Positions 8,424 through 18,446 of a stretch of DNA of 64,000 nucleotides are shown one piece after another. The notes under the pieces were generated by a model. That model was given only the letters and a program-made list of their open reading frames with translations. It did no database searches and had not been told where the DNA came from. The DNA is from Elusimicrobiaceae bacterium (GTDB taxonomy: Bacteria > Elusimicrobiota > Elusimicrobia > Elusimicrobiales > Elusimicrobiaceae): contig JAZUKK010000026.1 of NCBI GenBank assembly GCA_045643265.1, positions 9,250 through 73,249 of the forward strand. Reading direction: 5' to 3'. The first letter of the stretch is position 1, and the number at the start of each line of letters is the position of its first letter. The position numbers were made by a program, and so were the translations under genes.

Positions 8424-10733
8424 ATGAGCAGTGATACGCCTTCGTTAGTGGGGAAAATCATATCCGGCTGTGAAATCTTAGAGAAAACAGCCGAAGGCGG
8501 CATGGGTGCTGTTTACCGTGCCAAACACCGTGCATTAAACCGTATTGTATGCGTTAAAATTTTGAGTCCGGCCTTGTCTAACGACAAAAAAGCGGTGGAA
8601 CTTTTCTTAACCGAAGCCCGCGCTATTGCGGAACTGGACCACCCCAACATTGTCAACGTATATAATGTAGGAAAAGAACACGGATATTATTTTATCGTCA
8701 TGTCCTTCGTAGAAGGGATAACGCTTTCGGCCTTGCTCAAGAAAAATAAAATTCTCCCTATCAGAACAGTGTTGGATTTGTTTGACGGCGTATTGCAAGG
8801 ATTAGAAGCGGCTCACGCCAAAGGCATTATCCACCGTGATATTAAACCCTCTAACATTTTAATCAATCAGCAAGGTCAAGCCAAACTGGTGGACTTTGGT
8901 ATTGCTAAAAAAGTAGATAAAACCGGTTCCGCCAAAATCAATGAATTGGCCGGTACCGCGTATTTTATCGCACCCGAACAAGCCCTAGGTAAAAACTTGG
9001 ATACCCGGGCCGATTTATATTCTGTCGGAGCCAGTTTATACTACGTCTTGACCGGACAATTCCCCTATAACGGAAAAGATACCATTGAAATTATCCAAAA
9101 ACACATCCGCGACCAGGTACCAAACCCCAGCGACCTGCGCAAAGATTTGCCCGCTTGGTTGGGGCCGGCTATTCAAAAGTTGATGAGCAAAAGCCCCGAC
9201 GAACGTTTCCAAACCGCTAAAGAAACCTATTTGTATTTCCGCAAGATGCGCGCGGAAGACCAACTGCGCTTGGAATCCGGCAGCGGCGGAAAAGCCGTTG
9301 ATTTAGGGGGGGAAGCGGCCATGATGGTTGTTAAAGAAGAACGCCACTCCACCCAAACTTGGCGTGCCAAGCAAGAAGATTTATCCGATAAAACGCCGAC
9401 GATGCCAACGACAAATAATTTGTTCATGCCGCAGATTAACGAAAACGTCTCGCCGGAAAAATACCAAACCGAATTAACACAACACAAATTGGACGCGCAA
9501 GTGCCGTCTGTCCAAATGTTAAAAACCGATTCGGCCAAACCGGATAATTCGTTTACGAAAAGCCAAGGCCACGGCCCGCATTTTATATCCCCTTCGCAAC
9601 GGAAAATTTTATCGTTCCTGCTTTGGATGCCGTTATTTGCGGTATTTGCAGGAGCCATTGCGTATGCGTTTTATTCGTTAGGGCATATATGTTCGGTCCA
9701 TGTATCGGCTAGCGCCGGGCTATGGGATAATATCGTAGGGTCGTTCTTTGCTGCGCCGTATGCACCCAACCAGTTGATGATGTTGCTGCTTTGCGTCGTT
9801 ATGTTAATTTTAATTTTTGCCTCCGCCTCCGTGAAGGCCTATGCGCATTCCACCACGTTATTGCTATTTTTGGCGGGTTCGTCGTATGTAGCCGGGTTAT
9901 TTACCCCGGGAGTACCGTTTATGGAAATGGACAAAATGTCCCAATTTTTATTCTCGCCGGAATATTCTTTGTGTTATTTAATACTGGCATTATCGTGGGG
10001 CCTTTCCTTGTGCTGGACAATCAACCGTTCACTCGCCCAAGGGATATTGGGGGCTACGCTTGTTATTTTCTGCATGAGTTTGGCTTATGCGGCGGCCAAT
10101 TTGTCCATTGCCCCCAACAGCCAAGATATATTTTTTAAGGCCTTGCTTTACTTTTCTATATTCTGTGGAATATGCACCGTTTATTATTTGGTTTCCCGTA
10201 CCTACAAAGATGCCATCGTACTGCCGTTCTTGTTGTTTTTGGTAGCCGTATTTGGTATATGGAGTTACACCGTATCCGGGCTGGCTACTTCGGTAGAGAA
10301 TACCTCGCTGGCACTCATTTCCCATATTGAAGTGGCTTCCTACGGGCAACGGCCGACGTCTTCAGCGTTACAAGACCAGTTGGAGCTCTCGTCCCCAAAC
10401 AACGGATTACAAAATGTAGATAAGTCTAACGAATTTACGCCGCTAACACTCAATGAAGTGGCCGAAAAACTGGCACCCCGTATTGAAAAAACGACGCCTA
10501 ACGTGTTTAATGACCAAACCCGTATGCTTTTCGCCCGTTTGATGGCTCCGTACTATCAAGGGGGGAAACAACCTATGAAATTCGCGATATGGGGGTTTGC
10601 ACTTACCTATCCCATATCCCATTTCAACGAAAATGCAACGCAAAATGATGCGTACTTCTTTTTGATGGCTATGCTGTATTGTTTTAGTATCTTGGGATGC
10701 GCCAGCACGCTAATCGTGGGAGATAACCTATGA
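8424..10733 (+). CDS. Hanks-type Ser/Thr protein kinase with a polytopic membrane C-terminus
   Basis: GGMGAVY, VCVKIL, HRDIKPSN, DFG and APEQ motifs. About 8-9 hydrophobic segments in the C-terminal half. Confidence 0.92.
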   Translation: MSSDTPSLVGKIISGCEILEKTAEGGMGAVYRAKHRALNRIVCVKILSPALSNDKKAVELFLTEARAIAELDHPNIVNVYNVGKEHGYYFIVMSFVEGITLSALLKKNKILPIRTVLDLFDGVLQGLEAAHAKGIIHRDIKPSNILINQQGQAKLVDFGIAKKVDKTGSAKINELAGTAYFIAPEQALGKNLDTRADLYSVGASLYYVLTGQFPYNGKDTIEIIQKHIRDQVPNPSDLRKDLPAWLGPAIQKLMSKSPDERFQTAKETYLYFRKMRAEDQLRLESGSGGKAVDLGGEAAMMVVKEERHSTQTWRAKQEDLSDKTPTMPTTNNLFMPQINENVSPEKYQTELTQHKLDAQVPSVQMLKTDSAKPDNSFTKSQGHGPHFISPSQRKILSFLLWMPLFAVFAGAIAYAFYSLGHICSVHVSASAGLWDNIVGSFFAAPYAPNQLMMLLLCVVMLILIFASASVKAYAHSTTLLLFLAGSSYVAGLFTPGVPFMEMDKMSQFLFSPEYSLCYLILALSWGLSLCWTINRSLAQGILGATLVIFCMSLAYAAANLSIAPNSQDIFFKALLYFSIFCGICTVYYLVSRTYKDAIVLPFLLFLVAVFGIWSYTVSGLATSVENTSLALISHIEVASYGQRPTSSALQDQLELSSPNNGLQNVDKSNEFTPLTLNEVAEKLAPRIEKTTPNVFNDQTRMLFARLMAPYYQGGKQPMKFAIWGFALTYPISHFNENATQNDAYFFLMAMLYCFSILGCASTLIVGDNL

Positions 10734-11554
10734 GCCAATTTGATATAGAATTTGCGGCTGTTACTGATATTGGCAAAATCCGCGAAAAGAACGAAGATAA
10801 CGTGCTTATTTCTTCCAACCTGAGTCTGGGCATCGTGGCCGACGGGATGGGGGGGCATAGTGCCGGGGAAGTAGCCAGCAACATTGCCGTATCGGTACTG
10901 ACCGAAACCGTACGCAAAGTAAATAACGGACAGCTCAAAATTCCAAGTTCATTTTTACCCAACCTGGATTACACCGAGCGAAAAATGCTTATGGCGGCCA
11001 ATTTGGCGAATATCGCTATTTATTCTACGGCCCAATCTTCCGACTTATATAAGATGATGGGTACTACCATGACCGGGGTAATTTTTGACCGCGATTGTGC
11101 AATTGCCGTACATGTGGGCGATTCCCGCTTATACTTGTTCCGGGATGATAAAATCGTACAAATCACTACCGATCACTCGTTGGCAAACGAGCAGGTTCGC
11201 CGCGGGTTACTGACCCGGGCCGAAGCCGACCGCTCCAAAAGCCAAAACATTCTTACGCGGGCCATGGGTATTAAGAAAAACATTGAATTTGACTTACTTA
11301 GATTTCCTGTCAAACCCGGGGATGAAATTTTGCTTTGCTCCGACGGATTATACAAAGGTCTGCGCGAAAGCAACATAGCCGATATTCTGCGCGCCTACAA
11401 AGAAACCTCTATCGTTAAACGGTGCAAACAATTGGTGCAACGCGCGAACGAAAAAGACGGGCAAGATAACATTTCCGCGGTACTCATCAAAATTTTACCG
11501 CCTGGACCGCTTACGCTTAAACAGCGTGTAAAACAGTTTTTCACTACCAAATAA
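10730..11554 (+). CDS. PP2C/Stp1-family Ser/Thr phosphatase
   Basis: REKNED, VADGMGGH, HVGDSR, LCSDGL and DGQDNIS motifs. ATGA overlap with the kinase gene. Confidence 0.92.
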   Translation: MSQFDIEFAAVTDIGKIREKNEDNVLISSNLSLGIVADGMGGHSAGEVASNIAVSVLTETVRKVNNGQLKIPSSFLPNLDYTERKMLMAANLANIAIYSTAQSSDLYKMMGTTMTGVIFDRDCAIAVHVGDSRLYLFRDDKIVQITTDHSLANEQVRRGLLTRAEADRSKSQNILTRAMGIKKNIEFDLLRFPVKPGDEILLCSDGLYKGLRESNIADILRAYKETSIVKRCKQLVQRANEKDGQDNISAVLIKILPPGPLTLKQRVKQFFTTK

Positions 11555-11587
11555 ACGGCTTTTTTTACTAAAAAAAGAAACTCTTTT

Positions 11588-11661
11588 TTAGCACTCGTAA
11601 ATTAGGGTTGACAATTATGTACAGATATGCTAAATTAGCATTATGCTTAGGCGAGTGCTAA
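11588..11661 (+). promoter_or_regulatory. Sigma70 promoter of groESL with CIRCE (HrcA operator)
   Basis: TTGACA 11608-11613, 17 nt, then TG-n-TAAATT at 11631-11636. CIRCE TTAGCATTA-N9-GAGTGCTAA at 11635-11661. Extra perfect half-site TTAGCACTC at 11588-11596. Confidence 0.85.
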
Positions 11662-11719
11662 AAACAACGCCGTCAAGCACGCAGACTTTAAATTCCGATA
11701 AACAAGGAGTATAGGAACT

Positions 11720-12013
11720 ATGGCAGAAGTTAAAATTAAACCGTTGGGTGACCGTGTAATTGTCAAACCCATTGAAAGAGAAACGATGAAAGGGGGCATC
11801 ATTATTCCTGACACCGCTAAAGAAAAACCGATGGAAGGCGAAGTGTTAGCCGTCGGGCCGGGCAAATTAAATGATAAAGGCGAACGGGCCGCTATGGACG
11901 TGAAAAAAGGCGACCGCGTGCTTTATGGTAAATACTCCGGCACGGAAGTAAAATTAGATGATGAAACATATTTAATTATTCACCAAGACGAAATCTTGGG
12001 TATTTTGGGGTAA
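11720..12013 (+). CDS. groES: Co-chaperonin GroES
   Basis: [21 protein letters not shown] and YSGTEVK motifs. Confidence 0.98.
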   Translation: MAEVKIKPLGDRVIVKPIERETMKGGIIIPDTAKEKPMEGEVLAVGPGKLNDKGERAAMDVKKGDRVLYGKYSGTEVKLDDETYLIIHQDEILGILG

Positions 12014-12031
12014 ATAAAGAGGAATTAAAAC

Positions 12032-13669
12032 ATGGCAAAACAAATTGTGTATGGCGATGAAGCCCGCGCCAAAATGAAATCGGGCATTGAAAAAGTAGCC
12101 AATGCAGTAAAAGTAACCTTAGGGCCGAAGGGCCGCAGTGTTGTGTTAGAAAAAAAGTTCGGCTCTCCGCTTATCATTGACGACGGCGTAACGATTGCCA
12201 AAGACATTGAATTAGAAGATAAATTTGAAAATATGGGCGCGCAACTCATCCGCGAAGTTGCCTCCAAAACCAACGACGTAGCCGGGGACGGTACCACTTC
12301 AGCCACTGTATTGGCTAACGCCATGCTGACCGAAGGCATTAAAAACATTACCGCCGGTGCTAACCCGACGTTAGTTAAAAAAGGGATTGAAATGGCCGTA
12401 GAAGCCACCAAAGAGCAACTTAACAAAATGCACAAACCGGTCAAAACCAAAGAAGAAAAAGCGCAAATTGCCACCATTTCTTCCAACGACCGCGAAATCG
12501 GTAATATGATTGCCGAAGCGATTGAAAAAGTCGGCGCGGAAGGGGTAATTACCGTAGAAGAAGGTAAAACCGCTACCACGCAATTAGATGTAGTAGAAGG
12601 GATGCAATTTGACCGTGGTTACATTTCCCCTTATTTCGTAACCGATTCCGAACGCATGGAATGTGTTTTGGAAAATCCCTATGTCATCATTACCGACAAG
12701 AAAGTATCTTCCATGAACGAACTTTTGCCGGTGCTTGAAAAAGTAGTACAAAGCGGCAAACAATTCTTAATCATTGCCGAAGATGTGGACGGCGAAGCGT
12801 TGGCCACTTTAGTAGTCAACAAATTACGCGGCACCTTGAAAGGGTGCGCGGTCAAAGCCCCGGGCTTTGGCGACCGCCGCAAAGAAATGTTAGAAGATAT
12901 TGCTATTTTGACGGGCGGAGATGTACTCGCGGAAGAACGCGGTATTAAGTTAGATAAAGCCGAACTAGCCATGCTCGGCCAATGCGCCCGCGTCGTAATT
13001 GACAAAGAAAATACCACCATTGTCAGCGGGAAAGGCAGCAAAGAAGCCATTGCCGCCCGCTCGGAACAAATCCGCAAACAAATTGAAAACTCCAAGAGCG
13101 AATACGACCGCGAAAAACTCCAAGAACGCTTAGCCAAATTGTCCGGCGGTGTAGCCGTCATCAGCGTAGGGGCCGCTACCGAAACCGAACTCAAGGCCAA
13201 AAAAGCCAAAGTGGAAGATGCCAAAAACGCCACCAAAGCCGGCGTGGAAGAAGGCATTGTGCCCGGCGGCGGTGTGGCCTTAGCGCGCTGCCAAGCCGTA
13301 TTAGATAATTTGACCGCCGATAACGACGATGTCCGCACCGGTATCAACATTGTGCGCAAAGCGTTAACCGCTCCTTTGAAACAAATTGCGGTCAATGCGG
13401 GTTTAGACGGTGCCGTAGTAGTGGACAAAGTACTTTCCATGAAAGGCGCGGCCGACGGCTATGATGCCGAAAAAGATGAATATTGCGACCTGTTAAAAGC
13501 GGGCGTAGTAGATCCGGCCAAAGTAGTACGCACCGCGCTTGAAAATGCGGCGTCTATTACCGGTACGGTATTACTGACCGAAGCGTTAGTAGCCGACGCA
13601 CCGGAAAAAGAACATAACCACGGCGGCCCGGCGATGGGCGGCATGGGTGGTATGCCCGGCATGATGTAA
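12032..13669 (+). CDS. groEL: Chaperonin GroEL
   Basis: GDGTT and EGMQFDRGY motifs and a GGM tail. Confidence 0.99.
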   Translation: MAKQIVYGDEARAKMKSGIEKVANAVKVTLGPKGRSVVLEKKFGSPLIIDDGVTIAKDIELEDKFENMGAQLIREVASKTNDVAGDGTTSATVLANAMLTEGIKNITAGANPTLVKKGIEMAVEATKEQLNKMHKPVKTKEEKAQIATISSNDREIGNMIAEAIEKVGAEGVITVEEGKTATTQLDVVEGMQFDRGYISPYFVTDSERMECVLENPYVIITDKKVSSMNELLPVLEKVVQSGKQFLIIAEDVDGEALATLVVNKLRGTLKGCAVKAPGFGDRRKEMLEDIAILTGGDVLAEERGIKLDKAELAMLGQCARVVIDKENTTIVSGKGSKEAIAARSEQIRKQIENSKSEYDREKLQERLAKLSGGVAVISVGAATETELKAKKAKVEDAKNATKAGVEEGIVPGGGVALARCQAVLDNLTADNDDVRTGINIVRKALTAPLKQIAVNAGLDGAVVVDKVLSMKGAADGYDAEKDEYCDLLKAGVVDPAKVVRTALENAASITGTVLLTEALVADAPEKEHNHGGPAMGGMGGMPGMM

Positions 13670-13694
13670 GGCCTGGACGCAACTATCAAATTGC

Positions 13695-13731
13695 AAAAAC
13701 TCCCAAAACAAATTTGTTTTGGGAGTTTTTT
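13695..13731. terminator. Bidirectional intrinsic terminator
   Basis: AAAAACTCCCAAAACAAA-TTTGTTTTGGGAGTTTTT between groEL and the pilin gene. Confidence 0.8.
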
Positions 13732-13758
13732 ATAAATGAATAATAAAACCGATTTCCG

Positions 13759-14661
13759 TTAGGGAATTAAATAGATATTCTCTCTTGTCCAAGACTCTAT
13801 CGGACTTCCGCCCATTCCTTTACAAACCTGATTGGTAATTGTATTGTCCTTCGCGGCACGGCAATAATATTTACCTTGTGAATTTCCCCTAAAAAAATAA
13901 TTTAACTGCATACTACCATTTGGAACAGGTAACACCGCCGTAATCCATTTGTTGGAAACTTCTAAGACATAATGAGTTCTATTGGGTAATATGAGTTTGT
14001 CATTTTCGTTCATATATGTTGAATACCGCGCGCCCGGCCATTCTATCGGCAAGACGGTAAAATCGGTGGGGTAAGCACCCGTTTCCAAGTAAACGGCATT
14101 GACGGCCGTTTCAAGGGTCTTGATATTAACCAACACTTCGCTGATCCGGCTACGTACAACCGCTTTTTGATACTGCGGTAACGCCACCGCCGCCAGTATG
14201 CCAATGATTAAAACGACGACTAGTAATTCAATAAGTGTAAAACCGCTGTTATCAAAAAAGCGGTGAGATTCCAAATCAAGTTTGCAATGACTATTATATT
14301 TTTTGCTATCATCCCGAACGCCTAAAGTGCCGTCACCCTGAACTTGATTCAGGGTCTCGCCGTTCTCTTTTCCCCTGCCGTCATGCTGAACTTGTTTCAG
14401 CATCTCGTCGTTGTCTTTCCTGTTGTCATCCCCGAGTGTTTCTATCGGGGATCTCCTCCTTATAGTTGTTCCCAAGCGGTGGAGATTCCCGATTACAAAT
14501 TTCGGGAATGACCTTATTTTATTTATGCTGTCATCCCGTACGCCCAAAGTGTTGTCATCCCGGACTTGATCCGGGATCGCGTTGTTCACTACAATAAGGT
14601 GAGACTCTGAATCAAGTTCAGAGTGACGGCAAGAACAACTGCCTAATATTTTATTTTCCAT
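13759..14661 (-). CDS. Type IV prepilin (PilE-like) with a 140-aa REP-derived leader
   Basis: G|FTLIELLVVVLIIGILAAVALPQY at G140|F141 (F codon at 14241). C-terminal Cys pair (YYC...VCK). AAGGAG lies 9 nt before the ATG at 14661. Confidence 0.85.
   Translation of the reverse strand: MENKILGSCSCRHSELDSESHLIVVNNAIPDQVRDDNTLGVRDDSINKIRSFPKFVIGNLHRLGTTIRRRSPIETLGDDNRKDNDEMLKQVQHDGRGKENGETLNQVQGDGTLGVRDDSKKYNSHCKLDLESHRFFDNSGFTLIELLVVVLIIGILAAVALPQYQKAVVRSRISEVLVNIKTLETAVNAVYLETGAYPTDFTVLPIEWPGARYSTYMNENDKLILPNRTHYVLEVSNKWITAVLPVPNGSMQLNYFFRGNSQGKYYCRAAKDNTITNQVCKGMGGSPIESWTRENIYLIP
14266..14628. repeat. Cluster of 9 GTCA-tagged REP-like hairpins inside the pilin leader
   Basis: Units at 14266-14291, about 14308-14329, 14331-14357, 14379-14405, 14424-14454, 14483-14512, about 14529-14551, 14553-14578 and 14602-14628. 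Confidence 0.9.
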
Positions 14662-14812
14662 ATTCTTTCGCTCCTTTTTAATAAAATTCCCATTTATTAA
14701 AAATTAGCAAAAAAAAAAACAAAGTCAAGTATTATTTTTATTTCTCAAAATATACTCCTTTTGAAACACAATTTTGTAGAATATAAAAAATTACTTACTC
14801 AAGGAGAAAACA

Positions 14813-15607
14813 ATGAAAAACCCTATGTTAAACGAGGCCGCCTTTGAGCGTGCAAAAAGGGAACAATTCGCACCCGGCGCCGAAGAACAAAATGATTTAC
14901 TTGCCCAAGGTTTTTCACCGCGCTACCGCGCCAAAGCCGATAGCCAAGTAATGACCTTGCAAGGCACTATCAATAAAACATTTATCTTGCTTACCTTATG
15001 CGTGGCGGGGGGATATATCGGTTGGACAAAACTGGCGGCGTGGGGCTCAGCGTCGTGGATGATATTAGGTATAGGCGCATTTGTGCTTGGGCTGTGGACA
15101 AGTTTTAAGCCGTCCGTCTCGCCCGTTACCGCCCCGATTTATGCGTTAGCAGAAGGCGGTGCGTTGGGCGCAGTCTCTGCCATATATAACGTGATGTATC
15201 AAGGCATTGTATTAAACGCTGTCTTGATTACCGCGCTTGTGTTTGCGGTGATGTTGTTTATATATAAAACAGGCATTATCAAAGTAACACAAGGGTTTAC
15301 TACGGCGGTTGTTTCTGCCACTGTGGCCATTGCTATTATGTACCTAGGGTCATGGATCTTCTCGCTTTTTGGGGGGAACATTGATTATTTAGTTTCGTCG
15401 TCTAAATTATCTATTGGCATTAGCATAGTCGTGTGCGTGGTAGCCGCGCTTAACCTGATGTTAGATTTCCAATTCATCTGGGTAATGTCCGAGCAGGGCG
15501 ATGCACCGAAATTTATGGAGTGGTACGGCGGATTTGGTTTATTGGTAACCATTGTATGGCTTTACATTGAAATTTTGAAATTGCTTGCCAAATCAAAACG
15601 CCGTTAA
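14813..15607 (+). CDS. Bax inhibitor-1/YccA family membrane protein
   Basis: MTLQGTINKT, PIYALAEG, LNLMLDF and EWYGGFGLLVTIVWLYIEIL motifs. Confidence 0.88.
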   Translation: MKNPMLNEAAFERAKREQFAPGAEEQNDLLAQGFSPRYRAKADSQVMTLQGTINKTFILLTLCVAGGYIGWTKLAAWGSASWMILGIGAFVLGLWTSFKPSVSPVTAPIYALAEGGALGAVSAIYNVMYQGIVLNAVLITALVFAVMLFIYKTGIIKVTQGFTTAVVSATVAIAIMYLGSWIFSLFGGNIDYLVSSSKLSIGISIVVCVVAALNLMLDFQFIWVMSEQGDAPKFMEWYGGFGLLVTIVWLYIEILKLLAKSKRR

Positions 15608-15677
15608 GCCAAATTTTGTAAAATAGAATCGTAACGGTTCTGTAAAGAGCCGCAACTTTACATAAGGAGTCAAACGT

Positions 15678-16871
15678 ATGAATTTTAATAGCATTAAAAA
15701 AATGCAAGATATGGATCTGAAAAATAAAAAAGTCTTGGTGCGCGTAGATTATAACGTGCCGCTTAAAGACGGAAAAGTAGATAATACGAAACGTATTGTC
15801 GCTACCGAAAAAACAATCAAACATTTACTTGAAAATAATTGCCGCGTAGTGCTTATTGCCCACTTGGGCCGCCCGAAAGGCAAAGTCTGCCCGGAATTTA
15901 GTTTGGCCCCCGTTGCCGCCGAAGTAGAAAAATTATTCGGCGTGCCGGTACACTTTGCTAAAGACTGCGTCGGCCCGGAAGCCGATAAAATAGTTGCCGA
16001 AACGAAAAACGGCGAAATTGCCCTTTTGGAAAATTTACGTTTCCACGCCGAAGAAGAAAAAAACGATCCGGAGTTTGCCAAACAACTGGCCAAACATGGT
16101 GAAATTTTTGTGCAAGAAGCGTTCGGCACCGTGCACCGCGCCCACGCCTCTACCAGTGCCGTAGCGCAATTACTCCCCAGCGGGGCGGGGTATCTCGTAC
16201 AAAAAGAAGTAGAATTTTTAGGCAAAGCCCTTGAAAACCCGGCCCGTCCGTTTGCGGCGGTAATCGGCGGGGCGAAAGTGTCCGACAAAATTTTGTTGCT
16301 CAACAACTTATTAGATAAAGTCAACGTGTTGATTATCGGCGGCGGTATGGCTTATACGTTCTTAAAAGCCAAAGGCATAGAAGTTGGCAAATCGCTTTTG
16401 GATGAAACCAAAATTGAAGAAGCCAAACAAGTGATGGATAAAGCCGCGGCCAAGGGCGTTAAAATGTTGATGCCGGTAGATTTCCGCGTAGCAAAAGAAT
16501 TTTCCGAAACAGCAACGGCTACGGAAACGGACGTCATCCCGGCCGACATGGAAGCCATGGATATCGGCCCGAAAACCGAAAAAATGTTTGCAGACGAACT
16601 CTTAAAATGCAAAACGATTTTCTGGAACGGCCCGATGGGCGTGTTTGAATTCCCGAACTTTGCCAAAGGCAGTTTTGCTATTGCCCAAGCCATGATTGCA
16701 GCCACCAAAGCCGGCGCGATTTCCATTATCGGCGGGGGAGACAGCGTCAACGTGCTAAAGAAAGGGAAAATCAACTCCAAAGATTTCTCGCACGTATCCA
16801 CCGGCGGTGGTGCAAGTATGGAGTTCGTGGAAGGGAAGGAACTCCCTGGACTTGTCGCCCTCGCGAAATAA
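15678..16871 (+). CDS. pgk: Phosphoglycerate kinase
   Basis: RVDYNVP, HLGRPKG, LENLRF, GGAKVSDK, WNGPMGVFE, GGGDS and STGGGAS motifs. Confidence 0.98.
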   Translation: MNFNSIKKMQDMDLKNKKVLVRVDYNVPLKDGKVDNTKRIVATEKTIKHLLENNCRVVLIAHLGRPKGKVCPEFSLAPVAAEVEKLFGVPVHFAKDCVGPEADKIVAETKNGEIALLENLRFHAEEEKNDPEFAKQLAKHGEIFVQEAFGTVHRAHASTSAVAQLLPSGAGYLVQKEVEFLGKALENPARPFAAVIGGAKVSDKILLLNNLLDKVNVLIIGGGMAYTFLKAKGIEVGKSLLDETKIEEAKQVMDKAAAKGVKMLMPVDFRVAKEFSETATATETDVIPADMEAMDIGPKTEKMFADELLKCKTIFWNGPMGVFEFPNFAKGSFAIAQAMIAATKAGAISIIGGGDSVNVLKKGKINSKDFSHVSTGGGASMEFVEGKELPGLVALAK

Positions 16872-16878
16872 AAATTTA

Positions 16879-17192
16879 GGTCATGCTGAACTTGTTTCAG
16901 CATCTAAACCGCTTAAACAAACCAGCCCCGCGTCATATAGCGGGGCTGGTTTTATATCTGCCGTTATAAAAAAGTCCGTCATGCCGAAAGATTGTTATCC
17001 GGCATCTTCTTATGGTATGAACAACGAGATCCCGTATCAAGTACGGGATGACAGCCCTTTGGAGTACGGAATGACCAGCAGGGGGAAGTCATAAAATAAT
17101 GTCACCCTGAACTAAAAAAAGACGTCACCATGAACTTGATTTAGGGTCTCACCTTATTGCCGTTGCAAAAAAGGGTGCGGCCCGCAGGGTTT
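16879..17192. repeat. REP-like cluster (about 7 units)
   Basis: Units at 16879-16905, 16977-17007, 17027-17053 (rev), about 17057-17076 (rev), 17100-17112 (partial), 17123-17149, and a loop-module copy at 17177-17191. Confidence 0.85.
16919..16953 (+). terminator. pgk terminator
   Basis: AACCAGCCCCGC-gtcatata-GCGGGGCTGGTTTT. Confidence 0.8.
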
Positions 17193-17214
17193 GCGCCTCA
17201 TAATTCCATTAAAA

Positions 17215-17238
17215 ATGCCCTTGCTAATGCAAGGGCAT
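17215..17238 (-). terminator. Intrinsic terminator
   Basis: ATGCCCTTGC-taat-GCAAGGGCAT preceded by an A-run, downstream of the minus-strand gene. Confidence 0.65.
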
Positions 17239-17258
17239 GTTGAGGTACTTAAAGAGTC

Positions 17259-17837
17259 TTAGTCTGCAATTTCCGGTACACACGCTTTGGTGGCTTCTAA
17301 AACGCGCATAAATACCGTCGGATTTAGGGCGATCGTATGCGCTTGGAATTGAATCTTCGCAGATTGCGTTGACGCCGTTTCCTCGGTAACTTGCGTGGTA
17401 ACTTCCGTAGAAACTTGCGGTGCTTGCATCAAATTAAGCGTAACGCCGGGCTCGGCCCAGTTAGGATGTTTCGCCAAGATCTGTTTCCAACTCTGCAAAA
17501 TAGAAATTGCTTTTTGATCTTGTTGCTCGCACACACACGTATGATACCCGGCTAACACATCCGCTTTGCCTTGCAAACAAGCACTCAAATAAGATAAGTC
17601 TTGCAAAGAATGATTAAGTGCTAAAAAATCAGGTGCATCTTCGGCACTTACTTGAACAATCTGCGGCATAACAGGGAGCGGAGCCGGCGCAGGGGTGCTT
17701 GCTTGCGTCGCGGCCGGCATTTGTACCGGGGCTAATTTAGCAACTTGCACCGACGGTTTTTTCGTCGTAGTGTAATACGCATATCCTACCCCGACAAGCA
17801 CAATCAATACAACTAACATTCCTACTATTTTTTTCAT
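17259..17837 (-). CDS. Hypothetical membrane-anchored exported protein
   Basis: AAGGAG before MKKIVG. N-terminal TM helix, Pro/Ala linker and four Cys residues. Confidence 0.7.
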   Translation of the reverse strand: MKKIVGMLVVLIVLVGVGYAYYTTTKKPSVQVAKLAPVQMPAATQASTPAPAPLPVMPQIVQVSAEDAPDFLALNHSLQDLSYLSACLQGKADVLAGYHTCVCEQQDQKAISILQSWKQILAKHPNWAEPGVTLNLMQAPQVSTEVTTQVTEETASTQSAKIQFQAHTIALNPTVFMRVLEATKACVPEIAD

Positions 17838-17978
17838 AATAACTCCTTGATTTATTTTATACATCTAACTGGTATTTTATAAATTTTTATTATTTGGTCG
17901 CAGAAAACAACAAATGAGAAATTTTTTTCCTAAAAAATTTGTATAATGTAGTATCATCAGGAAAGGAGAAGGCATTTC

Positions 17979-18272
17979 ATGTACGGACTTATTTTGACAT
18001 TGCATTTTATCGTTTGTATATTGTTGATTTTGTTAGTTCTTTTACAAAGCGGCAAAGGATCTGCGGCCGGTATTTTCGGCGCGTCCGGGGCGGACAATTT
18101 GTTTGCCAGCCCGACGGCCTTTAACGCAGTTAATAAATTTACGGCTATTTTAGCGGCGATTCTGATGGCTACGTCTATTGTGTTGACGATTGTGTCCAAC
18201 AAAAAAGCGGCCTCGTCGGTTATGGATAAAGTTACGATTCCGGCTCACGCTCCGGTGAACGCAGGAAAATAG
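17979..18272 (+). CDS. secG: Preprotein translocase subunit SecG
   Basis: LVLLQSGKGS and GIFGASG motifs, two TM helices, and the typical secG-tRNA-Leu arrangement. Confidence 0.93.
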   Translation: MYGLILTLHFIVCILLILLVLLQSGKGSAAGIFGASGADNLFASPTAFNAVNKFTAILAAILMATSIVLTIVSNKKAASSVMDKVTIPAHAPVNAGK

Positions 18273-18364
18273 TAATTTTTCGTCGGCGAGTTGTCATCCG
18301 TATTATTTTTTAGTAGAATAGAAGTAGAGAAGTTCTTTTAATTCCTCGTCGTAAAAGTTTTTTC

Positions 18365-18446
18365 GCGCAGGTGGCGGAATTGGTATACGCGTGCGTTTGA
18401 GGGGCGCATGCCGCAAGGCTTGAGGGTTCGAGTCCCTCTCTGCGCA
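18365..18446 (+). tRNA. tRNA-Leu(GAG)
   Basis: GCGCAGG/TCTGCGC acceptor stem, TGCGT-TT-GAG-GG-GCGCA anticodon arm, long variable arm GCC-GCAA-GGC, GAGGG-TTCGAGT-CCCTC T arm. CCA is not encoded. Confidence 0.95.

Noticed and set aside
12025-13689. Long antisense ORFs opposite groEL, and similar shadows opposite pgk, waaA, feoB, pfp and others
   Set aside because: They are shadow frames of strongly supported genes caused by codon bias.
14424-14465. Internal restart of the pilin from the REP-borne AAGGAGG at an in-frame ATA
   Set aside because: ATA is a very rare start codon and nothing else supports it.
18305-18320. Shared TTTTTAGTAGAATA upstream of both tRNAs (also near 36973)
   Set aside because: Explained as an ordinary TAGAAT -10 element of stable-RNA promoters.
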